A DNA stretch of 64,000 bases from Zygnema circumcarinatum SAG 698-1b (GCA_037447605.1 CM074823.1:744001-808000); one strand, 5' to 3'. Shown: positions 1-12,735, numbered from the stretch's first letter. A program made the numbers and translations. Notes: a model not told the origin generated them from the sequence alone.

Positions 1-619
1 TTTGAAAGGAATTATGCTCCACAGATTCTCCTTTAAGTTGGGCGAATTGTCCTTTTTGTTCTTCTCTTCACTTTTAAACGTGGCTAAAAATAAGGGGGGG
101 TGAAACATCCAAAACAAGGGGGGGGGTATCCAAAATGGGAGGGCAAAAAATTCAAGGAGGGGGTGGGATATCCAAAATGGGGGGAAGGTGCAGTATCATT
201 CTCCTTTCTTTTTATATATATATATATATTTTTTTTTATTGTGGCTGCGGAGACCTCCCAATGATGATGACATTCGACGGAGAGGAAGAGGCTCTCAAAG
301 GCGGACCGATTGGCCTACTTCTGAAAATAAATTTGTGCGATTTTATGATAATTTGAACTTCCGGTGGCAGCGAGGGAGAGCAGTTTCTCCCCCCTCCCCC
401 ACCCTTCTCTGTCATTGTCCTCTTTTTTTGTCCTTTATAGACGTTAGGGCGGTAGTGTCAGTTGGGGAGTTCCTCAAATGCCTTCTGTAAATAGATTTAA
501 GTAATTGTAAATAAATTGATAATTAATTGTAAATAGCATTGATAGTGCAATATTGGCACAACTTTGTTCCAGGAAATCAACTTAGAATCGACCCCTTCCT
601 CTATCAAACAGCAGCAAGG

Positions 620-720
620 TAAAAACCCTAAAAACCTAAAACCCTAAAAACCCCTAAAACTCTAAAAATCCTAAAACCCTAGAAACCCTAAAAACCCTAA
701 AATCCCGAAAAACCTCAAAA
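620..720. repeat. Interstitial telomere-like CCCTAAAA(A) repeats
   Basis: AAAACCCTAAAA units. The same type occurs at ~2823-2900, ~41530-41740 and ~50705-50735, and the TTTAGGG type at ~19243-19280 and ~35150-35210. Confidence 0.75.
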
Positions 721-1272
721 GATGAAGCTGCTCCACCCCACCATGTGCCAGATCTGGTGGGTTGAACCTCTCTCACCCTTTTCTTTTTTATCGATTGCTG
801 CATAAAGGACCTCCTGCTGAAGACGAGGAGGAGTTTCTATTATGTAACATTCCTCACCAACAGAACCCTTCTTCTAGACCAAGGTTTTATTTTTTTTAAA
901 TAAATAAATAAATAAAACTCGGTTTACAGCAGCTTTGTTTCCTAACACGCAAAACACTCAAAGCAAGATGCTTCGCTTTTGGCCTAGAAACAAAAAAAAC
1001 CTCTCTCTCTCTCTCTCCCTCTCTCCTTCTCTCCTTCTCTCCTTCTCTCCTTCTCTCCTTCTCCCCCTCTCCCCCTCTCTCCCTCTCTCCCTCTCCCTCT
1101 CTCGTTCTCTCCTTCTCCCTCCCCCCCTCTCCCCCTCTCCCCCTCTCCCCCTCTCCCCCTCTCCCCCTCTCCCCCTCCCCCTCCCCCTCCCCCTCCCCCT
1201 CCCCTTCTCCTCCCCCTCTCCCTCTCTCTCTCTCTCCTGTGTCGTAACATGGAAACCCAAGCTTATCCCCAT

Positions 1273-1629
1273 TATAGATCCGTATTATACACTTCGAGGT
1301 TTAATACAATGTATAATACAGTATTAATACAGTATTTTACATTGTATATAAAACCAAACATAACATCCGTACAACCCGGACATAGAGTGATGCAGATTTC
1401 TATCTGTGAAAACTGTATGCGGAACTATCAAGGCACACGTGTCACACGTGTGACCTTTCACACGTGTTGAATTGCTGGTTGGCCAATAATCAATCTCTGT
1501 TCAATAAGCGAGAAATCAAAAGAAAATACGTTAAATACATATAAAATACACTGTATTTTTAAAATGGTGTATAACACGCATGTATTATACAGTGTATTAA
1601 TACACGCGTTTGATACATACGGATCTATA
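1273..1629. mobile_element. MITE family B, copy 1 (Tc1/mariner-like, TA-flanked)
   Basis: Ends are TATAGATCCGTAT and ATACGGATCTATA (inverted). About 357 bp, AT-rich and non-coding. A close inverted copy lies at 5228-5588. It ends 12 bp beyond the NIP stop codon. Confidence 0.85.
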
Positions 1630-1640
1630 ATCCCCATCCT

Positions 1641-4215
1641 CTACCTGCAGCATCCATGCGCCGTTTTGAAGGGGTCCTCCTCCTCGCTGCAGCGCACCAC
1701 TTCATAGGAGACGGCCCCGAGAACAGCGCCGATGACCGGCCCCAAAATGTAAACCCAAATGTCTTCAAATTGAGCCGCCGCAAATGCGGGGCCGAGAGAG
1801 CGAGCAGGGTTCATGGATGCTCCACAAATTGGCCTAAAAATATTTCAGAGATAGCCCCCTAATCTTAAAAAGGGGCTTTTTGAATTAGTTGCAATGATTC
1901 ATTAACCTAAAAATGTAATTCTTGATACTTCAGCTCCACTCCCCCCCTTCCCCACCCGGTCTCTTGCGTCTTTCTATGACTATGATGATGATGATGATAA
2001 TGTCACCGTACGCATGGCCATGCATGGCCGGCGGTCACATGAGTTACATGCATGCATAGATAAGTGAAGATCTTGGGATATATATATCAACGAATACCGA
2101 TTGTTTTAGGGTTAAGCTTCATTCATGTACCTTTATTAGATTTGATGCAGGACACAAACCAGCAGAGTCTAATGAGCAACCCTAAAACCCCAAAAACCCT
2201 TAAAGGGCAAAAAACGGATGCAATGAAGTTCGAGGATTGAAAAGATGCTCACCCTCCAAACATGGCGTCAAGCAAGACGGTGCCTCCAATAGCAATCCCC
2301 GCCATAGTCCCCTCCTGCATCACATACCAAAAGAGAGATGTTACGTCATCGATGCACCTCCTCTCTCTCTCGCTCTCTCTCTCTCACACACACACATACT
2401 AGGCAAAATGATGCAGAAATTGCCAACATAAGCCTAAGCTAAGTTTACATACAGCACTCTTAAGCTAGACCTTCCCCAAAACGCTAAACCAGTACCCAAG
2501 GCGAGCAAGTCTTGTCAACAAGCAAAAATATCTCCATATCCATATCCTAAAAACCCTAAAAACCGCAAAAACATAAATGAAATGCAGACTTGCCCACCTT
2601 GCCTTCTCTGTGAGATGAGGAAAAGTACCAAAACAGGGATCAGTAACCACTTGCCCCACTCAAAAAAGTTCCAGAAATGTGAAAGATCTAGAAACCCTAA
2701 ACACCAAGCAGCCCTAAAAACACCTTATCAAATTCTCCCTTCCTGCCTATGACAAAACATCAGTGAGAGAGTACAACATACAAACTTGGATGCAGTAAAT
2801 AAACTTTGTGACATGCTTCCCTTTTAGGGTTTCAGGGTTTTAGGGTTTTTAGGGCTTTTAGGGTTTTTCGGGTTTTTAGGGCTTTTAGGGTATTTAGGGT
2901 TTCTCGGTCGGTACTCACTGCTCGGCTGTCGGTTGCAACTGCCGCGATCACAAACATAAGAAAAAAAGTGAGCACAATTTCCATCGCCAATGATTGGCCC
3001 GCACTTCCTGACGGAACTGTAGCACCAAGGTCCCCCTCCATTCCCAATATGGCTCTGAGTAAAGCTGCCGCGGCTGTAGCGCCTGCAACTTGCGCTACAA
3101 CATAGCTCGGAACCTGCAAAAAAAAAAACTTAAGTTAACCACTGCTTGAGTTTAAAATTCAATCGGCCCAAAAAAGGAAAATCAAAAAAAAGGTTGATTA
3201 CATAACATCTGCAAAAACTAGAGCTTTGAATTCTGTATTCAGAAAAGCTTCCTTCCAATTCAATGATTCTTGGGAAGTTTCCTGAAGACAGTAGCTATAA
3301 CAACCCTAAAGTTCAAAGCAAAAGGACTAAATCACATGCAGGGATCAATTCCCACTCTTTAAAAAAATAAGCAAATTCCGAAAAAAGGGACCGCTTACCT
3401 CCTTCATGGGAAACCTTCCAACGATAGTAAAGCTGATAGTGACAGCAGGATTAAAATGTGCTCCTGAAACGTGACCGACTGCATAGATCATGGCCATCAC
3501 CACGAGTCCGAAAACAATGGCAATGCCAACATGAGTGATGGCTCCATCGCTCAATTTGTTCACAACGATCGCTCCGCAACCTGCAAATGTAAGCGCAAAT
3601 GTTCCGATTGCCTCTGCAAACACCTATCACGCAACACCAACAGTTGCGGAATTCAAGTGAGATGATGATTGCAGAAAGGAAAGCATGAGTTACATGCAAA
3701 TGAAAAATCAAAAGAATACGGGAAGAATCAAAGCGCAAAACCGTGTGAATTAAAACAGGGCGAGAATCCCTCCCCTTTTCTATTTCCACTGTTTCCTCTC
3801 CTCCCTCCACCTCCATCTTCCCCTCCCGCCTTCCCCCACTCCCCCCCACCCCCTCTCCCCAACGCCCACCCTCTCCCCTCCCCTTCTCCGTCCCCCTCCT
3901 GTCCTTCCCCCCTCCCCAGCCATCCTACACCTTCCCCCATTCCCCCCCTCCGCCCCTTCCCCCCTCCCACCCCCTCCACCCTCCCACCCCCTCCCCCGCC
4001 CCTCTCCCCTCCCCTCCTCCCACCCACTCCCCCTTCAATCTCCCCTCCCCTCCTCCCACTCCCTCCCCCCTCCACCCTCCCACCCCCTCCCCCGCCTCTC
4101 TCCCCTCCCCTCCTCCCACCCCCTCCCCGCCCCTCTCCCCTCCCCTCCTCCCACCCCCTCCCCCCTCCACCCTCCCACCCCCTCCCCCNNNNNNNNNNTT
4201 AGCTTCTGGGGCCAT
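1641..4215 (-). CDS. NIP: Nodulin-26-like intrinsic protein (NIP aquaporin/metalloid channel), F/A/A/R ar/R type
   Basis: Exons 3399-3623 (225 nt, [19 protein letters not shown]..), 2919-3113 (195 nt), 2253-2314 (62 nt, [21 protein letters not shown]) and 1641-1833 ([13 protein letters not shown]..stop TAG) all have GT-AG ends, consistent phases and the exon sizes typical of plant NIPs. Two NPA motifs. Exon 1 is inferred from ATG 4215 (MAPEA) to a donor at 3742/3741 and is interrupted by the N gap 4189-4198 and a GA-rich tract, so it is uncertain. Confidence 0.93.
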
Positions 4216-4257
4216 CTTGAAAACAAGGCTTCAGGGAATTCAGGACGAAGGGCCTAA

Positions 4258-5679
4258 GGAAAATTCTACTCTCACACCTTTTTTGTCTACACACAGACCT
4301 CTTTTCACCGGGCAGATTTTAAAATAGACAAAAAAGGAACACACCTATCACACCTTTTTTTTTCACCTTTTTTTTCACAACTTTTTGGAATTGATACACG
4401 CTACAGTACTAGTCCTGAGCGGCCGAGCGCCGTGAGCACCTTTTTCCGTCGGGCAGATTTTTCTCCTAATCTTTTATTTTCATAGAAAAAAATATCTGCC
4501 TGCCCGAATCCGCTCGGAGCGGAAGATCCGTCCGCCACGAGATCGTTCGCGGGTGGCTGTCCTTCACACGTGCAATAAACTCCTGCCGTCGATTTTCACG
4601 CAGATCGCACCATGGCAGATCACCGTTCGATCAGCAGCCGGGCTCTGTCCCACGTGTCCCACCCAAGCCGGCTCAAACGACCGTACACAAAGAGTACGCC
4701 CGCAGCTTCGAGGAAAGTCAAAAAAACGTATTTTTTCCATTGAGTGCCTGTACCAATCACAGTTTGCCACGTTTAAGAAGCGCACGCGGCCGATGGTGAT
4801 TGGTTCAAGTTGTCAATGTCTAAGGAATTTAGAGTTTCCTCGAAGCTGCGACCGTACGACTTGTTGTACGGACCTTTGAGCCGCCTGGGTGGGACACGTG
4901 GGCTTGTGCCATTCGCTGGGACCGAGCCCGGGCTGCCGATCTGCCGATCTGCCGTGGTGCGATCTGCGCTAGAATCGACGGTGTAGAGTTACTGCACGTG
5001 TAAAGGACGGCCACCCGTGAACGATCTTGTGGCGGACGGATCTTCCGCTCCGAGAGGATTCGGGCAGACCGATATTTTTTTCTCTGAAAAAAACAAGAAA
5101 AGGTAAAATCTGCCCGACGGAGAAAGGTGTGTATCGATTCCAAAAAGGTGTGAAAAAAAAGTTGAAAAGAAAAAGGGTGAAAAGGTGTGTAAGGTGTGTA
5201 TAGAAGTTTGCGTTTTTTTTTTTTTTGTATAGATCCGTATGTATCAAACGCGTGTATTAATACACTGTATGATACATGCGTATTATACACCATTTTAGAA
5301 ATACAGTGTATTTTATATGTATTTAACGTATTTTCTTTTGATTTCTCGCTAATTGAACGGAGATTGATTATTGGCCAACCAGCACCTCAACACGTGTGAC
5401 GGGCCACACGTGTGACACGTGTGGCCGTATAGTTCCGTACACAAATATGGTACATAAATTCCGTACGACTCTATGTCTGGTTGTACGGATGTTAACAGTT
5501 GCGTTTGGGTTTTATACAGTGTAAAATACTGTATTAATACTGTATTATACATTGTATTAAACCTCAAAGTGTATAATACGGATCTATAAAGGTGTGTTCC
5601 TTTTTTGTGCTATTTTAAAATCTGCCCGGCGAAAAGAGGCCTGTGTGTAGACAAAAAAGGTGTGAGAATAGAATTTTCC
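4258..5679. mobile_element. Foldback/MULE-like non-autonomous element family A, copy 1 (carries nested MITE B)
   Basis: Termini GGAAAATTCTACTCTCACACC and GGTGTGAGAATAGAATTTTCC. Imperfect inverted arms of about 430 bp (4258-~4690 vs ~4860-5679, excluding the insert) flank a core of about 170 bp. A second copy lies at 11767-12735. No clear TSD in this copy. Confidence 0.85.
5228..5588. mobile_element. MITE family B, copy 2, inverted relative to copy 1 and nested in element A
   Basis: Approximate reverse complement of 1273-1629 over its whole length, with the same TATAGATCCGTA termini. Absent from the equivalent position in the A copy at 11767-12735. Confidence 0.87.
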
Positions 5680-5687
5680 AAAAATAA

Positions 5688-6746
5688 GGGGGCGACTATT
5701 TACAGTGTCCTTTTTCTGAACGTAGTGTACGTTTTCAACGGGCAGCAAAAAACATGTTTTTTTTGGCGAAAAATGCTGTTTCATACTTTTCAGAATAGAT
5801 ACAGACCTTTTCTCGTTGGATGTACGGATGGTGATTTGAAATGTACGAAGCGCGCGCGTCTACAAGGTATAAGGGCGCAACACGTGGAGCGACATGATTG
5901 GTCGCGGCAACATATGACGTGGCAAGTATGTTTGGGGCCGTGACGTGACGAAACGAGACGCGAAAAAAGTGGAGTCCGCGGACGGCAGTCGGAAATGAAG
6001 GGAATTAAAGGAAAATGATACAGCCGCCCCAGTTTATGGATATCCGCACCCCCTTTCAGGGAGCCGTACAGTACTTTCATTTTGGCTAATCACGCCCCCC
6101 CCTTGGACCTTTCGGGAGGAGAGATCTTGTAGACGACCCCGCGCCTCGCGCGCAGGATCCGACTGTGCACCGACGTACGGCGCCGCGCATCGCGGCGCGG
6201 CCCGCGAGATGCGGCGAGCCTACGGAAACGTTGTCCTCACCTGACCCTTTTGGGTCAGAGGTCCCACGTGGCAGTCTGCCATTGGAGATCCCACCCGCGA
6301 GATGCGGCGAGCCTACGGAAACGTTGTCCTCACCTGACCCTTTTGGGTCGAGATTGCCACGTTGCAGTCTGCCATTGGACATCCCTGCTTCCGGTCCCCC
6401 ATGCCGTTTATTTTATTTTTTTGTTTTTTTTTTCATGCCGTTTCCGTAGGCTCGCCGCATCTCGCGGGCCGCGCCGCGATGCGCGGCGCCGTACGTCGGT
6501 GCACAGTCGGATCCTGCGCGCGAGGCGCGGGGTCCGATTGTCTACAAGATCTCTCCTCCCGAAAGATCCAAGGAGGGGGGGGCGTTATTAGCCAAAATGA
6601 AAGTACAAATTTTCCCGAAAGGGAGCGCGGATATCCAAAAAGTGGGGCGGCTGTATCATTTTCCGAATTAAAACTGAACCTTTTTTTTGCTGCCCGGCGA
6701 AAACATACACTACTTTCAGAAAAAGGACACTGTAAATAGTCGCCCC
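5688..6746. mobile_element. Foldback/MULE-like element family C with nested inverted and direct repeats
   Basis: Outer TIR of about 70 bp starting GGGGGCGACTATTTACAGTGTCCTTTTTCTGAA (5688) with its reverse complement ending at 6746. Inner inverted repeat of about 220 bp (~6010-6230 vs ~6440-6670). Central ~93-bp tandem duplication (~6202-6387). Flanks caaaaataa / aaaaaataa give a near 9-bp TSD. Confidence 0.8.
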
Positions 6747-7797
6747 CAAAAATAATAATCGTATGCCGGCAGCCCGCTGCAGCCATTTTTATTTTTAGAA
6801 AATATTACAATCATATGCCACCACGTCACTTTCGAGACACGGCCGCCCAACGCGACGCGATATTCAGATGTCCATGTCAGCATCCCGGAAATATCGGCAC
6901 CCAATCAGACGCGCGGATCGCTAACCGTTGCCGAAAAATCATTATGCTATTCAAAATCAGTACATTGTGACAGAAATATGTTGTTGAAAAGTCAGCAAAA
7001 CGAGTACGTGTTTTGGAAAATAAAAACTTCAAAAGCGCAAATGCCCAAAAATGAACCCCATATGCGGATAAGCCCACGAGGCAATCATAAACGTCATTGG
7101 TCCACGCCAACGCATTGCAAAGTGTCGGTGGTGTGCCCATCCTCAAACGTGCCAGTAGCTTCCACGTAACTTCCGAGTCAATGTCTTCCCGTCGACACGC
7201 AAAGAAACCGTACGGTCATGTCCGTCCCGTACGTTGGCGCCATTGAGCTGTCCTATTCAAAGTCCCCGCAGCCAATCAGAGCGTCGACTACAGCTGAAAG
7301 TATCGCCGCCGACACGCGTCTGCTTCACTCCGCGGCTCGAACACAACCAAAGACCGTACGGACATATCGGTGCCGTACATGAACGCGCAAAGGGAATCCC
7401 TCGCTGGGTGCTCTGCGCTCCCTTCCCCTCTCTTATTAAGTATTGACCCCTCGCCCTCTCTTCCCCACACCGCTCTCTCCCTCTCCCTCTCCCCCTCTCC
7501 CTCTCCCTCTCCCTCTCCCTCTACCTCTCCCTCTCCCTCTCCCTCTCCCTCTCCCTCTCCCTCTCCCTCTCCCTCTCCCTCTCCCTCTCCCTCTCCCTCT
7601 CCCTCTCCCTCTCCCTCTCCCTCTCCTCTCCCTCTCCCTCTCCCTCTCCCTCTCCCTCTCCCTCTCCCTCTCCCTCTCCCTCTCCCTCTCCCTCTCCCTC
7701 TCCCTCTCCCTCTCCCTCCCTCTCTCCCTCTCCCTCTCCCTCCCTCTCCCTCCTCTCTCTTTCCCTCCTCTCCCTGCTCCCTCTGCTCTCCCGCACC

Positions 7798-8475
7798 ATG
7801 GCGCGAGGAGGCACTTTCAACTTAAGCCTTTTCTTCGCCCTCTGTTCGGTGGTGCTTTATTTGTGGCAAGGACCTCTGGCTGGATTCGTGAACACGAGCG
7901 AGAAAACGTTCTCTCACGACGTAGATGCGGGTTGGCCGGTCGATTCAGGTACAATCGCGGCGTGGCGCGGCGAGCCGCGGTGGACTCCACTGAAGAAGGC
8001 GGCTCGCCTTCATGCCGAAGCGTCGTGTGTGGCTGAACTCCCTGAAGGGCTCCCCCTCAAGGTCGACGACCGGAGAAGACCCTCACCGACATCGGCAAGA
8101 AGCGGTACAAAACGTACGGAATTCAACAGCGGCGGCTGGCGTCTTGCTTTCGATTCCTATGCGCTGACCCAGATGGCCAGGGTACATCTACTTTACCCGT
8201 TCACTTCGAGATGGCGTTTCCGCTCGTTCTCTTCTGGAAGGACGGGCAGCCCGTCGTACAGATCCGCCCGTCGTACAGTGAGTGCCTCCCCATCTCCTTC
8301 TTGCTCGCAGATATTTTGGCAATCTTGCCATCTCAGGGTTTGGACAAGTCGAAAAAAAATTGAAATTCTAGGGTCTCGGTTTGGATTGGACGTATCCTGC
8401 TTTCCTTTTCATGAATTGGAAGGTAGTCGTCGTGTACAAATGCAATTTCTATCTCTTTTGGTTTGCGGAAGCTAG
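7798..8475 (+). CDS. Possible first exon of an unidentified signal-anchor (type II membrane/secreted) protein
   Basis: ATG in accATGG context follows a CT-rich leader, as at SEC3. Hydrophobic N-terminus ([17 protein letters not shown]) and a non-repetitive 225-aa ORF, with a possible donor near 8181. No family recognised and no downstream exons found. Confidence 0.3.
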   Translation: MARGGTFNLSLFFALCSVVLYLWQGPLAGFVNTSEKTFSHDVDAGWPVDSGTIAAWRGEPRWTPLKKAARLHAEASCVAELPEGLPLKVDDRRRPSPTSARSGTKRTEFNSGGWRLAFDSYALTQMARVHLLYPFTSRWRFRSFSSGRTGSPSYRSARRTVSASPSPSCSQIFWQSCHLRVWTSRKKIEILGSRFGLDVSCFPFHELEGSRRVQMQFLSLLVCGS

Positions 8476-11400
8476 TGTCTCTCTCCCATTCCCTCTCTCT
8501 CCCTCTCCCTCTCTCCTATAACCTCACATACATGTCGGCGGTTATTTATGATCTTTTTTAGGTGCATCCGCGGTTCTCAACGTAAATGCGTTAAATCTTC
8601 CGTGTTGTTGTTGTTGTTCTTTACATTTGTTGCGCTATGACTCCCCGTCCGTGTCACAATGAAGACTTCCGTGAAATTTGAAGAAAGTCGAGCCTCTTCG
8701 AATCAGCCAGCGGTGGAACCAAATGGCGTGCTGCGTCACATTACGCTTTTGTCCTAAAGGAATCACGATCCTACGGGCTAAGTATCTTTAAGATCCAATT
8801 TACATGTCTTTTAAGTCAGGCGTATTAGCTTTTAAGTCAATTTGTATTCTTTAAGTCGAGGGTACGTGACTATGGACCGGGCAACTAGCGGTAGGTATTT
8901 GGTGGTATTGTGTATGGGCCAATTGACCTAAGCGGTATTGTGGCCGACTCAGCGGCAGGACTCTGACCCCGACTTCTAATTGGTAATGACCCAGCCAGAG
9001 GCAATTTCGCGGGCTGGCCAAACCAGTGTGGTAGTGGCCCGGCTTGTTGTTAGTTAGTGTGCCTCTTTCAACGCCCTCCTTCCCTCCTCCTCGCTTCACC
9101 AACACCCTCTCCCTTTTTGGCCTTGTGCTTCGCGTTCTCCACTTTCACTTGCTTGTCCATTGCTTTCTCCCTCCTTCCTCCTTTCTCCTCTCTCCTCGCT
9201 TGTCGTTATTTTTCGGTTTTCAGCGTTCCTGCGGTAGGAAGAAATACCGCCAACTGCGGCGGCGAAGGAATTAGCGGCTGACGTAAGTGTTAGTTCGCTG
9301 CGTCCTTTTCGCTCGCGTACCCGACCCCACCACTCCTTGGCCTTGAGTCAATATGGCTCTGCTCCCGCCCATTACCGACTCGCTCTCGAGCGTGGGTATG
9401 AAAACCTGTTGCGTCGAACAAGATCCACTTTTCCTCCTCGGCTTCCATCCCCCCTCACTCCCGTTCTTGGCTCCCTACTCTGGATTGCCCGCTCTGCATG
9501 AGGCCTCACTCGGCTTCAGTGGAGCCTCCAGAACCTCACAAATCCCGCTTTGGCTCCGTGTTCTGGCTGCGGCCGTAAGTGTTAGTTCACAGTGAATTCC
9601 GAACAGCGGTAGCGCCCCAGCAAATATTTCTTGTTCGTGAGGCGAGTGTAAGAAAATGGAAGTCGGGGAGGGGCGTGAAGAATAGGGGAAGATGATATTC
9701 TTGATTTGTTAAAGGTAAGCGTTCGTCGTGAAGCATTCGTCGTGTCGGCGTCCACGGTAGCGAAACCTGTTGGCTCTATTTGGCTCTCCTTTTCGTTTTG
9801 TGTCGAGATTGTGGCTAATGGGTTAATGATGCCAGCAGCCAGCGATGGCGATGGCTCAACTGTCGGCTACGTGGTGTCTGGCGGCCGGGGATGGTGGCGT
9901 CATCGGTGTCAGTATTTGTCGAGCGGTCGCGGAGTCGCTTGACGTAGCGTCGCGGCACCTTGGCGGCGTCGTTTATCACGGCTGTAGCGTCTGACAGCCC
10001 AGCGAGATCGCGGCGCTGTGACCGGCCAGCAGCCAGCCAGCCAGCGGAACGATGCTTAGCGATGAAGCGAGTGGCCGATTAGCGAGGCGCCCGGCGTGGC
10101 TCTTGTAGCGCGTGTGATTCGCCAGCGTGGCCGGATGGAAATGGTGTGTCATTGTTAGAGGTATCTGGCCGGATTCGCAGCGTTCGGCGGAGTGGAAGTA
10201 GCCGTCGGCGAAACTGACGTGTGGCGATGTCGGCGGCCGTGACGTCGTTAAATGCGGCAGCGTCACAGCCCAGCAGTCTGACAGCTGGCCAGAAGCCCAG
10301 GTTAGCTGTTGACTTCGTAAGCTTTCACTTCAGGTCGATTTTGTTGGCCTTGTGCTGACAGGCAATGGCGGAAAGAAGCGTCGATGGAGTAAGCCTCAGA
10401 GATAATGCATTCACAGTCAGTACCCGTGTGGACGATACGTCGCGTCAGGTCATGATCTGAGCAACCTTGGTACGTAGGAGCAGCCCGTAGGAAAATGTGA
10501 AAAGAAGACGCACGACGGTCGAAGGATACAACGGAGTGTCGGTAGGTCGACCCCGTCGCGTGGCAAATGCTGGCCTTGAAAGCGGTATGTATTTGGGCCG
10601 ATCGTTGTGGACGAGGATGTAGGTCCGTTTTGTCACGATTTTTGTATCAGCGAGTTGTGATTAATGGGTTAATGATGCTTGAAGCGGGATGTTGTCTTAG
10701 GTATGTGTGTTGATGGCAAGTAACCCGGTTTGTGTTGTCAAGCTATGGGTAGCGAATTTGGAATGGTTAGGTTATTGGCGCTGCGAAGCGGTCGTCGTGT
10801 TAGTTAAATTAAAAACCGCTCTAGCGTGCGTGTGCGTGTTAATGAGATCGTACTTGGCTCTATTGTAGTTTGACGGCGGTAGCGGATTCTTAGAATCCAT
10901 TATTCACGGTGACCTTATTTGATGTGGAAGCAGCCAAATAGTTTTTTAGATTTGATCATTTGCGTTCGGTTGACGGGCGTCGTTGGTTTCTAACATTGCC
11001 AAGCTACGTGGAATTTATGTCACTTCATCGGTACAAATCTAACCTCCCTTTTTCACCAGCGTTCGTGGCAAAAGCGAATCATCGTTTTGATTCCGTCTGA
11101 CGGGTTCGATTATGTTATCCAAAGATGGATTTAATGAAAATGGGGTATAGTTGCATGAGTGCGGCGTTGCCGCGTCGGCGGCACGTCTGATTGATTGTCG
11201 TTTACCGTTGGATCGAATCGCGAGAAAATGGGGGTATATCAGCGTTCCCGATACGTCATGCGCCCGGCGTGTCGTTTTCTGTAATGCGGCCGGCGGCTCG
11301 TTACCCCAGATGTTTCACGGGGACGTATTGTTGTAAATAGGGTATGTGTCGCGGCGTGTTTAAAGTGGCCCGCGTGGTGCATTCTAATTGGATTATCGCT

Positions 11401-11766
11401 TTACCGGCATGGCCCGGAGCAGAACACAATATTAAACAGCTTATGTGTTCGATCAGTTTCCGTTTCAGTTCACTTCACATAATTAAGATTCGAAGACATT
11501 TCTATAAAAAGGCAACGCACGAGGATCTTGATCCGCAGCCTGTTGTCTTAAACCCTTCTCAGAATTTGATTATTTGATGAGTTCCTTTTGAGAGAAATAA
11601 AAAGTAATTAGAAGCGGTCAAGTGTTTGGGGAATTTTGGGGCCCTAAAAATGAGGGGGGGAAGGACTTGCTACTTTATCGAGGGTGCTCACTGTACTTTC
11701 CAGAAGGCCTACTTTGACTTTATCGAATGTATAAAAGGCTTGATGCAGTCTGATGCGGCTTTTGCT

Positions 11767-12735
11767 GGAAAATTCTACTCTCCACACCTTTTGTCTACAC
11801 CGGACCTCATTTTGGCGAGGGCAGATTTTAAAATAGACAAAAAGAACCAAGCCTTTTTTCTCTTTTTTCTTTTTTTTTCACATCTTTTTGGAATCGATAC
11901 GCTTCTACTAGTCTGGCGGCGCTACGTGAGAGCACCTTTTGATCGGGCAGATTTTACTCATCTTATATTTTTCCGAGAAAAAAATGCACTTTGCCGAATC
12001 GCTTCGGGCGGAGTCAGATCCGCCGAATGCGTTCAGCGGGTGGCCGTCCTTTACCGCACGTCTGATAGTTCAGCGTCGATTTTCCGCGCCAGTTCACACC
12101 ATGGCCGGATCACCGTTCGATCGGCCCGGTAGTTCTCTGTCCCGTGTCCGCCCCGAAGCGGCTCAATGGACCCGTACATAAAGCGGCCGAGGGAAAGTCA
12201 AAAACGTATTTAGTCATTGAGTGCATGTACGATCCGCGGTTTGCCGCGTCTATGCAGCGCCGCAGTAGTGATTGGTTCAAGCTCTGATGTTAGAGCTAAC
12301 GGAGCTTTCACCGAGCACAAACGCATCACGGCTATTAATGCGGACCTTTGAGGCTTAGCAGGTGGGGCAGCGTGGTGATGTGATAAGCGGTCTTTGCCGA
12401 TCTGCCCGATGCGCGTGGTGATCCCCGAGCTAGAATCGGCGGTGTAAGTCACGTGTGAAGCGGCCGCTGCGCCGAGCGATCTGAAGTAGGTGACGGATCT
12501 TCGCATTTCCGGAGAGGATTGGTGACGATATTTTTCTCACGAAAAAAACAAGAAGGGAGTAAAAAATCTGCCCGGCGGAGAAAGGTGTGTATGATTCAAA
12601 GGGTGTGAAAAAGGTGAAAAAGAAAAAAGGGTGAAAAGGTGTGAAAGGTGTGTTCCTTTTTTGTGCTATTTTAAAATCTGCCCGGCGAAAAGAGGCCTGC
12701 GTGTAGACAAAAAAGGTGTGAGAATAGAATTTTCC
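11767..12735. mobile_element. Foldback/MULE-like element family A, copy 2
   Basis: Same termini and internal layout as 4258-5679 but without MITE B. Flanked on both sides by TTTTGCT (11760-11766 and 12736-12742), an apparent 7-bp TSD. Confidence 0.87.

Noticed and set aside
10330-10620. Possible SWIM-finger/MULE transposase remnant (CEC..RH) on the minus strand
   Set aside because: The CxC..CxH pattern is incomplete and no other transposase motifs were recognised.
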